Shown: positions 19,209 to 27,124 of the stretch, piece after piece | Layout of the letters: every line of letters begins with the position of its first letter | How positions within the stretch are numbered: the stretch's first letter is position 1 | Source of the DNA: Escherichia phage slur02 | Reading direction: 5' to 3' (one strand) | Sequence record: NC_028927.1 | Length of the DNA: 64,000 nt | The notes under the pieces: model-generated | Seen by the model: the letters and a program-made list of their open reading frames with translations, nothing else | What the model was told of the DNA's origin: nothing | Databases searched by the model: none | Made by a program: the position numbers and the translations under genes

Positions 19209-19811
19209 TTATAGATTAAATCCTTCAAAATCAAGAGTATAGATAGTGTATGTTGAATACTTTTTGTATTCATATCTATCTGCAATTCTAAATACACTTC
19301 CAGCTGGTATCATTACTTCTTGTTCATCTGAAACTAATTCCATATTACGATAACGATGACTATCCGGAAACTTAAAGTTTGGATTGTATTCTTTACAACG
19401 TAGAGCTTTTATAGCATACTCCTGGAAATTGAATACCATAGGAGCTTTGAATTCAAAAATAACTTGTGTGTTATATTCTAAACCAGAAGCAAAATGTAGA
19501 GCTATATTTTTATCATATGAAGCTGATACTACTTTATCAAATGTAATAATATCAATTCCTTGATTTAATATTTGTTTAGTCTCAACTGGAACACCTCTCC
19601 AAAGAGGTTTATCGTTTGGAACCAAACGAGATTTGATTATTTCATTTAACCAAGTATGGTCATCTGGCTTATTAGTAATACAATGAATTAAAAGTTCAAT
19701 TTCAGATAAATTAAACCCTTCAGAAAGTAATTCTTCACGAATAGAAGCACGCACCGATGCATCCATTGATTTTATTTTAAAATCTTTTAGTTGCATTACT
19801 GAGTATTTCAT
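19209..19811 (-). CDS. modA: ModA ADP-ribosyltransferase
   Basis: 200 aa as in T4 ModA; C-terminal EQEVMIP (Q/E-x-E) motif. Confidence 0.75.
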   Translation of the reverse strand: MKYSVMQLKDFKIKSMDASVRASIREELLSEGFNLSEIELLIHCITNKPDDHTWLNEIIKSRLVPNDKPLWRGVPVETKQILNQGIDIITFDKVVSASYDKNIALHFASGLEYNTQVIFEFKAPMVFNFQEYAIKALRCKEYNPNFKFPDSHRYRNMELVSDEQEVMIPAGSVFRIADRYEYKKYSTYTIYTLDFEGFNL

Positions 19812-20431
19812 TCAACTACCTCAATATCATAAACTTTAAATGTTCCAAATGAATCGTGTAATTTTTCTTTTGAAATAGAAGTTATTTTATACTTTCCAAT
19901 TGGAATCATCCATTCTTGTTCACGCACAATCATCATTAAGTTATCAGTACGCTCTGAATCTAATCCATCAGTATCTTCATACGTGTACTTAAACTCAGTA
20001 TTAGGAGAAGAAAGTATAATATCGCTGATATGGTCAGAATAATTAAAAGCTTTATTAGTTTTTAAGCGAAGTATTATTTTAGTAAAATATTCAGCGTAAG
20101 AAAAAGAACATGCTGTGAGCAAACTAGTAGTAAATGAATCTACCCTGTTCGTTGAAAACACTTCTCCAACTTGTAAATCTTTAATAAGTTCTTCTGTTGA
20201 TTTTGATATACCACGATATAACTGATAAGGCGATTTAGTTAAATGCTTTTTAATGATTTTATTCAACTGTCTGTGAAGAGCTTCATTCTTTTTGGCTTCC
20301 ATACATTGCCAAAGAACAGACTGCTCAAAGTCAGTAAATTTTTCACAGACCTTTTTATACATATCATATTGAAAATCAACGCTTTCAGCTTTTATAGATA
20401 ACTGTTCAACATCTGCAAGATTAATAATCAT
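19808..20431 (-). CDS. modB: ModB ADP-ribosyltransferase
   Basis: 207 aa as in T4 ModB; REQEWMIP motif; ATGA coupling to modA. Confidence 0.75.
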   Translation of the reverse strand: MIINLADVEQLSIKAESVDFQYDMYKKVCEKFTDFEQSVLWQCMEAKKNEALHRQLNKIIKKHLTKSPYQLYRGISKSTEELIKDLQVGEVFSTNRVDSFTTSLLTACSFSYAEYFTKIILRLKTNKAFNYSDHISDIILSSPNTEFKYTYEDTDGLDSERTDNLMMIVREQEWMIPIGKYKITSISKEKLHDSFGTFKVYDIEVVE

Positions 20432-20454
20432 GATAGCCTCCGTATACTTCAGAA

Positions 20455-20490
20455 GCTATCATATCATCGTTAGAAAGGAAAGTAAACAAC
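20455..20490 (-). promoter_or_regulatory. early promoter upstream of modB
   Basis: GTTTAC, about 17 nt, TATGAT. Confidence 0.5.
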
Positions 20491-20498
20491 TTTTTGAA

Positions 20499-20681
20499 TT
20501 ATTTTGCCCAGGGAGCCCAGGGCGGAGGGTCAAGATGGTATGAAGCTAGTTCTTCTAGAAGAGCATCTGGGGCTTCAATTCCATAATTCTGTAATACTAT
20601 ACGGTACTCTTTCTTATAATCACTAGAATCATTCTGGATATTCGTAGAATGATTATCTTCTAACATCTCAAATAAATCCAT
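20499..20681 (-). CDS. hypothetical protein (60 aa)
   Basis: Track ORF. Confidence 0.4.
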   Translation of the reverse strand: MDLFEMLEDNHSTNIQNDSSDYKKEYRIVLQNYGIEAPDALLEELASYHLDPPPWAPWAK

Positions 20682-20689
20682 ATTAATTC

Positions 20690-21160
20690 CTAGCGATAAA
20701 AACCAAATTGACGATTAGCTTCAATAATCTTTCTTTCTTCTTCGGACATTCTCCAGCGTAGTCCAACATCAAAATGAGCCCAGACCATCTTAACGAATGC
20801 ATTTATATCTTTAATATCTTCAATAATGAATGTTTTACTTTTAGAAGGTTGACTCGCTAATTTAACTTTATCGTCTTCAAACAGGTCAAAAAGACCATAT
20901 TCATGAGCTCTTTTATAGCCTTTAATAGTTAAAGCTTCAGAAGAAGAAAACGGTGAATCAGTATTCTGCAAAATATCTTCAGTATGCTTTATAATTAGAA
21001 TAACATTTTCTGGGTATTTTCTTTCTTTTATATCTTTAATTAAAATATCCGGATTTTCTGCTAAAGGAATAATTAATGAGCACTTTTTGTCAAGTGTATT
21101 TACTGATTTACCTTCTTTAGACATAAATTCTATTGAATAATGTTTTGCTACTTCAATCAT
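20690..21160 (-). CDS. hypothetical protein (156 aa), mrh region
   Basis: Track ORF; synteny only. Confidence 0.45.
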   Translation of the reverse strand: MIEVAKHYSIEFMSKEGKSVNTLDKKCSLIIPLAENPDILIKDIKERKYPENVILIIKHTEDILQNTDSPFSSSEALTIKGYKRAHEYGLFDLFEDDKVKLASQPSKSKTFIIEDIKDINAFVKMVWAHFDVGLRWRMSEEERKIIEANRQFGFYR

Positions 21161-21313
21161 GTGATTTCCTCTTGCCTACTAATGGGCCGTCAGGAATTTT
21201 GTTTTCCTGGATATATTTCTCATTTTCTTCCATCATTTTACTGCCAATTTTAAGAAGCAAATCCAGTGCTTCATTTGCTTTAGCTTTAGCCTCTTCCAGC
21301 GTCATATCTTTGT

Positions 21314-21517
21314 TCACGATTTATCCCCATAGATGTCTCTCATCAATTTAAGCGCTGAGCGTTCTAATTTCTTTTCTTTCTCAGCACTAATCATTGATTT
21401 CATCCATTCTTCCGATTCGTTCTGCATTTCTTTATTTGCTTGTTCAACCCAACCATCATCAATGTACATTGAGTTTGGTCTATTGAACCATTCAAGCATT
21501 TTCTTCAGAACTTTCAT
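21314..21517 (-). CDS. hypothetical protein (67 aa or shorter)
   Basis: Track ORF; start uncertain because of overlap. Confidence 0.4.
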   Translation of the reverse strand: MKVLKKMLEWFNRPNSMYIDDGWVEQANKEMQNESEEWMKSMISAEKEKKLERSALKLMRDIYGDKS

Positions 21518-21989
21518 TTGTTTTACCTAAAACAACAGTAGGAGCATCATCAAATTCATGAATTTTTAGCAAATTTGGATGTAAACTATTCCATACAGAA
21601 GAAATAAAGTATGATAAAGCATCTTCACTCACAATTATAAATTTATTTCCTTTATCTATTTTCCAGCTATATACTGAATCATACGAATAGAAAGATAAAG
21701 GTTTATCATTATATTGTTCTGCGCTAACATTGATGTATTCGGATTTAGTAAATGCTTCAATTGCTCTAAACGGAATATTTGGTACAGTTTCAATAATTCC
21801 GATCTTTTTAAGTTTTATTTCAGCATCTTCTGGAACTGGCATTGAAACAAAATTTTCTACGAGATACATTGGGTCACAATAACCCTTATCAATCATTACT
21901 GCTACGGTAATTGGAACGTCTTTAGCAAACGACATACTATTACTGCTAATATACATTTCAAACAAAATCGCTTCCATAATTTTCCTCAA
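21492..21989 (-). CDS. hypothetical protein (165 aa)
   Basis: Track ORF; ATGA coupling. Confidence 0.5.
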   Translation of the reverse strand: MRKIMEAILFEMYISSNSMSFAKDVPITVAVMIDKGYCDPMYLVENFVSMPVPEDAEIKLKKIGIIETVPNIPFRAIEAFTKSEYINVSAEQYNDKPLSFYSYDSVYSWKIDKGNKFIIVSEDALSYFISSVWNSLHPNLLKIHEFDDAPTVVLGKTNESSEENA

Positions 21990-22327
21990 TCACAAGATGT
22001 AGATGAACAACTAGAATCACAAGAATTTCCACATGAATCGCCCGTCAATACATGAACAGGAACATTAGTGTCATATGAATCAGAACTAGACTGTGTATTC
22101 TGCGTATTAGATGATGTAGTAGGTGTTGACCAGCGCCAAGGATTTTTATAATATTCTTGGGCTTCTTCATAAGTCATAGTAACTGCTTCTACTGTTCCAT
22201 CTCCCATATAAACATATTCAACTACAGTTAAAGGAAGATAGTCATTTGAAATAGGAACTACACCTTCTCCAGGAGTCGTAGAGAAAAAATCTTTAAAGAA
22301 ACTTTTAAACCAATTAAAGATAAACAT
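21986..22327 (-). CDS. hypothetical protein (113 aa) with Cys/Ser-rich C-terminal tail
   Basis: C-terminus [18 protein letters not shown]. Confidence 0.5.
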   Translation of the reverse strand: MFIFNWFKSFFKDFFSTTPGEGVVPISNDYLPLTVVEYVYMGDGTVEAVTMTYEEAQEYYKNPWRWSTPTTSSNTQNTQSSSDSYDTNVPVHVLTGDSCGNSCDSSCSSTSCD

Positions 22328-22533
22328 TACAAAAAGCCTCTTTTGAATTCGACTTGCTTATCGCCATAATCATATCGAATCTCTGCGTTAAATTCAACAG
22401 AACCATCTGCGTACATCATAAATGAATGCACAACAACTTCTGTAGACCATGGTTGCAATTCATATTTCTTCATTACATGCCGTGAAATGATAATATCTAA
22501 ATCTTCATTTGGTTTAATCCAACGATTTAACAT
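22327..22533 (-). CDS. hypothetical protein (68 aa)
   Basis: Track ORF; early promoter and SD upstream. Confidence 0.5.
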   Translation of the reverse strand: MLNRWIKPNEDLDIIISRHVMKKYELQPWSTEVVVHSFMMYADGSVEFNAEIRYDYGDKQVEFKRGFL

Positions 22534-22555
22534 AGTGCTCTCCTCTATAAGATAA

Positions 22556-22592
22556 TTTTATTATACCATACTCATTTTGGAAAGTAAACCGG
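22556..22592 (-). promoter_or_regulatory. early promoter just downstream of soc terminator
   Basis: GTTTAC, 17 nt, TATAAT. Confidence 0.55.
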
Positions 22593-22603
22593 TAAAATGA
22601 AAA

Positions 22604-22626
22604 AAGGACTCCCGAAGGAGTCCTTG
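22604..22626 (-). terminator. soc terminator
   Basis: AAGGACUCC-UUCG-GGAGUCCUU then UUUUUCAUUUU, immediately after soc stop. Confidence 0.75.
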
Positions 22627-22629
22627 AAA

Positions 22630-22875
22630 TTATTCACCAGTTACTTTCCACAAATCTTCATTTGCAGCAATCCATTCAGTACGTTGATTTTCTTCATATA
22701 CTGTAGAATACGCTGCTTTTTCTGAAGGGAATGTCTGGTAATGAGCGCCAGAAATTTTGTGAACATCAGAATAAAGAGGGAAAGCTACAGAAATTTCCTT
22801 TCCTTCAATTTTCTTATTTCCATCTAATTTCTGCTCAAATGTTTTGATATTAACATAACCGCGAGTACTAGCCAT
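22630..22875 (-). CDS. soc: Soc, small outer capsid protein
   Basis: 81-codon ORF MASTRGYVNIKTF...; late promoter TATAAATA and AAGGAG SD upstream; UUCG terminator downstream. Confidence 0.85.
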   Translation of the reverse strand: MASTRGYVNIKTFEQKLDGNKKIEGKEISVAFPLYSDVHKISGAHYQTFPSEKAAYSTVYEENQRTEWIAANEDLWKVTGE

Positions 22876-22891
22876 GTAATTCTCCTTTTAT

Positions 22892-23101
22892 TTAAATTAC
22901 AAGACTATTTATAATAAATTCTTGCGGAACGTTAAAATACCCAATTTTAGTTAATATAACAACATCACCGTTAATAATTACCGGAGAATAATCGGCTGGA
23001 GCATTAAACTTCCAGTGGGCTCTAATATTATATCCATCAGAACCAAATGCTCGACTAGCAGGTCTACCGGCTTTTTGCCATGCATAAAAATCAAATTTCA
23101 T
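22892..23101 (-). CDS. hypothetical protein (69 aa)
   Basis: Track ORF. Confidence 0.45.
   Translation of the reverse strand: MKFDFYAWQKAGRPASRAFGSDGYNIRAHWKFNAPADYSPVIINGDVVILTKIGYFNVPQEFIINSLVI
22903..22915 (-). promoter_or_regulatory. late promoter of soc
   Basis: TATAAATA on minus strand about 30 nt upstream of soc ATG. Confidence 0.6.
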
Positions 23102-23301
23102 TTTGAATGCTCTATAATTAATTTTAAGGCTTCTTCATGCAACCACTTACCTGGTATATGTCCAGTTTTAATTGTGTGAGCTTTGCGGAGCTGATTAGAT
23201 AAGAGCTCACATATGAGCTCTTTGTCATAATTTTTAAATAGCTGGTCAATACGTTTCTTGCGGGCTTTCTTAAGCTGACGTTTATTTAAACGAGCCATCA
23301 A
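23098..23301 (-). CDS. hypothetical basic protein (67 aa)
   Basis: Track ORF; ATGA coupling. Confidence 0.45.
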   Translation of the reverse strand: MMARLNKRQLKKARKKRIDQLFKNYDKELICELLSNQLRKAHTIKTGHIPGKWLHEEALKLIIEHSK

Positions 23302-23816
23302 TAACCTCGGTCTTGACGAGCAAAGTTTTCAGCATTTTTCAGATAATAAAGTTTAAAGATTTCTTCAGCCGTAAGACCGAGACCTTGGAACATGTTCAGA
23401 ACGAAATGAAGAATATCAATCATTTCGAATTTAATTTCCAACTGGTCTTGTGGAGACAAATCAGTAATTAGAGTTTCACGACGTTCACCATGCTGTGACT
23501 TCCAAGGTTTCCATACAGCAGATGCATCTTTTTCACCATTGCTCATACCGCCAAGAGAAGTCAGAAGTTCACGGAATTCATCATCAATGTAATCTTTCTG
23601 ATTACGCAGCCAATCAACAACTTCGCCTGCAGTAGCCAAATCATCAGGATGACGGTTATATTCAGGTTTATCTTTAGCTAAACGAATCTGCAGAGATTTC
23701 TGCATGTCAAGCATTACCTGCAGCGGGTCTTTTTCATCACCGAGAATATCCCAATATTCATTTTGAGCTTTATCAGCGCCTTCAATCAGTTGTGAACATT
23801 CATTAAAATATGCCAT
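23298..23816 (-). CDS. 56: gp56 dCTPase/dUTPase (MazG-like NTP pyrophosphatase)
   Basis: Track ORF trimmed to MAYFNEC... start with AAAGGAAAAATA SD; about 172 aa. Confidence 0.85.
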   Translation of the reverse strand: MAYFNECSQLIEGADKAQNEYWDILGDEKDPLQVMLDMQKSLQIRLAKDKPEYNRHPDDLATAGEVVDWLRNQKDYIDDEFRELLTSLGGMSNGEKDASAVWKPWKSQHGERRETLITDLSPQDQLEIKFEMIDILHFVLNMFQGLGLTAEEIFKLYYLKNAENFARQDRGY

Positions 23817-23850
23817 TATTTTTCCTTTCAATTCATGGGTTAGTAGATTA

Positions 23851-23876
23851 ATTATACAATAAATATATAAAGCAAT
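23851..23876 (-). promoter_or_regulatory. MotA-dependent middle promoter candidate for gene 56
   Basis: TTGCTTTA MotA box, about 11 nt, TATAAT. Confidence 0.5.
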
Positions 23877-23887
23877 AAGGAGGACAT

Positions 23888-24088
23888 ATGGTACAAAAAT
23901 TAATGGCACTTGTTGATGCCATAAAAGGTAATAAAAAACGTATAGCTTTTACTATTTCTGCTATGGTAGGAATTTTACTCTGGAACTTTATTTTATCACC
24001 TGTTGCAATTGCACATGGTATTAATATTCCAGTAGTTACTCTTGATACATTCGTAGATTTAGCATTTGCTTTAGTTGGGTTAATTTAA
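23888..24088 (+). CDS. candidate small hydrophobic protein (65 aa) on opposite strand
   Basis: Only plus-strand ORF lying in a minus-strand intergenic region; AAGGAGG 4 nt before ATG, though that sequence also overlaps the gene 56 middle promoter on the other strand. Confidence 0.25.
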   Translation: MVQKLMALVDAIKGNKKRIAFTISAMVGILLWNFILSPVAIAHGINIPVVTLDTFVDLAFALVGLI

Positions 24089-25113
24089 ATCTTAGCATAT
24101 TTAGATAGCCGCATTTTAGCCATCAACCCCTGGGCAATATTATTTTTCATATATTCCATAATTTGTTCAGGGGTTGCACCTTCCTTTCTAATCATATCAT
24201 TAACATCTTTTGATTTCCAGGGAGATTTATCCCAAAACATAACCCTTTCTCCTGCATCAACTAATTTAGTCATTCGCTTAATAGTGTCAGGATGACGAGG
24301 TTCATTATCTAAAACCCACACTCGTCTATCTTTAAATGGAACAACTTCTAGGTCTAATTGACCACCCGTAATAGCTATACCATTTTCAATAAAAAGTGAA
24401 TCTATAGGTCCTTCTAGAACATATACATCACCATCTTTAACTCGTTCGACTCCATAGATTTTTGTTGCTTCAGGATAAGCTTTGATAGTGATATATTTTT
24501 GGGGAGCATCTTTCTTTAATGCACGTCCTTGAAAAGACTCAGCTTTTCCATTAGCATTATAAATTGGAATAACAAGACGAGGCTCAGGTATTTCCTTTTT
24601 ATATGTTCCCGGTGCTATGCTATTAACTAATTTAGGCCATTCAGTTGTAAACCAAAGATATTTCCATTTATCCTTTGGAATACAACGAGCTTTTACATAT
24701 TTTATAATTGGATGGTCTTCCGCCAGTTTATCTAATCTAACACATGACGGAAGAGATTTAATTATTTTCTTCTCAGGTTGTTTAGGAAGTTCTTTAGGTT
24801 TTTCTACTGGACGACTTTTACCTTTTTCTTTTCTTATTTCAAAGATATACTCACGATATAAATCAGGTTCAAACTCCTTTAAATATATTCCGATTGGTGC
24901 ATGATAGTTACAGTTATAACAATGAATATTTCCTTCATTATTATCACCATAATACCATCCACGAGCTTTATTCTGGTCGGTTTTTGAATCTCCACAAACA
25001 GGACATCTAAACCGTAATTTAAAAGTTGAACTATTATTTACTTGTGTGAATTTAGGTAAATGAGCTAATGCACGGTATGCAAACTCATTATCAATCCAAG
25101 GTATTGATGACAT
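24085..25113 (-). CDS. 61: gp61 DNA primase
   Basis: 342 aa as in T4 gp61; N-terminal zinc ribbon CPVCGDSK...CYNC. Confidence 0.9.
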   Translation of the reverse strand: MSSIPWIDNEFAYRALAHLPKFTQVNNSSTFKLRFRCPVCGDSKTDQNKARGWYYGDNNEGNIHCYNCNYHAPIGIYLKEFEPDLYREYIFEIRKEKGKSRPVEKPKELPKQPEKKIIKSLPSCVRLDKLAEDHPIIKYVKARCIPKDKWKYLWFTTEWPKLVNSIAPGTYKKEIPEPRLVIPIYNANGKAESFQGRALKKDAPQKYITIKAYPEATKIYGVERVKDGDVYVLEGPIDSLFIENGIAITGGQLDLEVVPFKDRRVWVLDNEPRHPDTIKRMTKLVDAGERVMFWDKSPWKSKDVNDMIRKEGATPEQIMEYMKNNIAQGLMAKMRLSKYAKI

Positions 25114-25115
25114 TT

Positions 25116-25280
25116 TTACTCTTCTTTTTCTTTAGATTCCTCTTTTTTCTTTTTAGGAATCTGTTCAGGGCCTTTATTTACTACAGCGCCTGACGTTGTT
25201 CCAATAGAGATATTTTCAGGATTACCACCTGAATCTCCAGCGACCATATCTTCTTTAATAAATTCTTTATATGTTTTCAT
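25116..25280 (-). CDS. small protein (54 aa), 61.1 position
   Basis: Hand-translated MKTYKEFIKEDMVAGDSGG...; TAA-T-ATG coupling. Confidence 0.5.
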   Translation of the reverse strand: MKTYKEFIKEDMVAGDSGGNPENISIGTTSGAVVNKGPEQIPKKKKEESKEKEE

Positions 25281-25325
25281 ATTAACCTCTATTCATAAAA
25301 GCATTAAAAATTTGGTCATCAATAG
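25278..25325 (-). repeat. 48-bp direct repeat copy 1 (gene 3' end plus stop/start junction)
   Basis: Near-identical to 25636..25683 (1 mismatch). Confidence 0.8.
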
Positions 25326-25638
25326 ATGGAATAGCAACCTTTTCGGCATCATTTAGCAAATCATTAATTTCATCAGATAGCATAACACATGTGCCTTTAT
25401 TTCCTGTAATTGTTACTGCACAATTACGAACGTTTTCTTTATCAAATTTTAGGTTAATATTTTCGTAGTGAAAATCCTTTAATGCCGAATATATCTTTAA
25501 AATGAAATTGTCTTTTACTACAATAAACCCAACTTCACTATTAAAACGTGGTTCATGGAAACTGTAATAAACCTTTTCATCTATGAAATCGTATGAAATT
25601 TTTTCCATTTTTAAATATGAAAATTCAGAACTATACAT
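25282..25638 (-). CDS. hypothetical protein (118 aa)
   Basis: Track ORF; C-terminal 14 aa shared with 25640..26266. Confidence 0.5.
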   Translation of the reverse strand: MYSSEFSYLKMEKISYDFIDEKVYYSFHEPRFNSEVGFIVVKDNFILKIYSALKDFHYENINLKFDKENVRNCAVTITGNKGTCVMLSDEINDLLNDAEKVAIPSIDDQIFNAFMNRG

Positions 25639-25683
25639 ATTAATCTCTATTCATAAAAGCATTAAAAATTTGGTCATCAATAG
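25636..25683 (-). repeat. 48-bp direct repeat copy 2
   Basis: Near-identical to 25278..25325. Confidence 0.8.
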
Positions 25684-26266
25684 AAACATTTACTTTAGAC
25701 TGTTTTTCAGATGGCAATTCATATCCACATATTACAATTTTATGATCAATATCAAAATACACAGAAGCAATATGATTAATGATATTTTCAGTGAAGTCTA
25801 AATCGACATCAATATCTTTTTGACCAAATCCCAGAGGATAAATAATGCGAGTAATTCGATTATCTTTAACAAAGATTCCACCGACATACTCTGTACTGCG
25901 TTTAAAGTCTACACGCCGACGAAATGAAAAATATTCAGGCTCTTTATGAGCTCGGCTCATAGGACACAACGAATAACTAGAATAAGAGATGTCAAATCCT
26001 ACGCCTTCGATATGAGCCAAAGTGTCATGATTAAACCAATTATAATCGTACGCCAAATCCATTAGATTATAATATGTAAAAGGCACCGGATTAACATCAT
26101 TAGTCACAAGCATGTAATTAGCAACTGCTATAATTTCATTGTTTTTAACGAATACAAACCGTGATTGATGCGAATGACCTGGACCCGCGTTTTCACGATT
26201 AATGATATAACACTGGGCACCTTTATATTTGTATGTATCTTTGCACTTGTGCATTTGATAGAGCAT
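25640..26266 (-). CDS. hypothetical protein (208 aa)
   Basis: Track ORF; shares C-terminal SIDDQIFNAFMNR with neighbour. Confidence 0.5.
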   Translation of the reverse strand: MLYQMHKCKDTYKYKGAQCYIINRENAGPGHSHQSRFVFVKNNEIIAVANYMLVTNDVNPVPFTYYNLMDLAYDYNWFNHDTLAHIEGVGFDISYSSYSLCPMSRAHKEPEYFSFRRRVDFKRSTEYVGGIFVKDNRITRIIYPLGFGQKDIDVDLDFTENIINHIASVYFDIDHKIVICGYELPSEKQSKVNVSIDDQIFNAFMNRD

Positions 26267-26559
26267 TATTCACCTACCACTTCAGCGATGATATTTTTGT
26301 TATTAAAGTTTTTATCGCAATACAGAACATAATTATACTGCATTACACCACCAGACTTAAGTTGTTTTTGCACTTCAGCTTTCATTTCAGGGCGATCGCG
26401 CTCAACGATATTCATAATATCTGCTTCAATTTGAGTTTCAACTTCAGTCTGATCCGCAGTCATAGACCATTCGCACAAATCTTTATCATAACCTGCCATA
26501 GCAGGCTGAGCAGCACAAGAAGCTAAAGCAAAAATTGTGGCAAAGATAAATTTTTTCAT
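26266..26559 (-). CDS. sp: Spackle periplasmic protein
   Basis: 97 aa with signal peptide; position between 61 and 41. Confidence 0.75.
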   Translation of the reverse strand: MKKFIFATIFALASCAAQPAMAGYDKDLCEWSMTADQTEVETQIEADIMNIVERDRPEMKAEVQKQLKSGGVMQYNYVLYCDKNFNNKNIIAEVVGE

Positions 26560-26573
26560 GATAATCTCCTCAG

Positions 26574-26610
26574 TAATTTATGTTTATATAGTATCTCAAT
26601 TTCCAACAAA
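26574..26610 (-). promoter_or_regulatory. early promoter upstream of sp
   Basis: GTTTAC, 17 nt, TACTAT. Confidence 0.5.
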
Positions 26611-26619
26611 AGTAAACAG

Positions 26620-26877
26620 TTATTTTAAAACTTCTGCGTAATCACATGTTACAAACTGTTTCTCTAGCTTAACGATCTTACGAAAATACCTTTTACACTG
26701 ACGAATCTGTCGCTTCGTAGGACGTACAGCAAACTTAATAAATTCCACTCGACCAAATGGAGGACTTTCTTCTGCTGGAATATCTAACACCAATTCCCAC
26801 GTATCTGCAATAAGTGCTTTGAATTGCGTATTTTTCCTGACGTTATACGGAGTAGGTTTAAATAAAACAATATGCAT
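26620..26877 (-). CDS. hypothetical protein (85 aa)
   Basis: Track ORF trimmed to ATG coupled to dmd stop. Confidence 0.5.
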   Translation of the reverse strand: MHIVLFKPTPYNVRKNTQFKALIADTWELVLDIPAEESPPFGRVEFIKFAVRPTKRQIRQCKRYFRKIVKLEKQFVTCDYAEVLK

Positions 26878-26878
26878 A

Positions 26879-27061
26879 TTATCCTCGGCAATCCACTTCA
26901 CATACTTTCTTGTCATCAATGAAAGCTTTAACTAATGCTTTATTAACTTCAGCATACTGAGTAGTAACCCATTGAACGTCATCTTTCATCATTGTGGTTT
27001 CTTTAGTAAACATGCTTTCATTCTTAAACCACCCCATAAAAACTACCTTTACCAATTCCAT
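26879..27061 (-). CDS. dmd: Dmd, antitoxin against host RnlA/LsoA RNase toxins
   Basis: 60 aa MELVKVVFMGWFKNESMF...; immediately upstream of gene 41 as in T4. Confidence 0.8.
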   Translation of the reverse strand: MELVKVVFMGWFKNESMFTKETTMMKDDVQWVTTQYAEVNKALVKAFIDDKKVCEVDCRG

Positions 27062-27086
27062 AACAATCTCCTCATTTAACCAACAA

Positions 27087-27124
27087 GACTACTATACCAT
27101 AGTCTCGTCAGCTTGTAAACTAAA
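27087..27124 (-). promoter_or_regulatory. early promoter upstream of dmd
   Basis: GTTTAC, 17 nt, TATAGT; -10 within inverted repeat AGACTA...TAGTCT. Confidence 0.55.
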
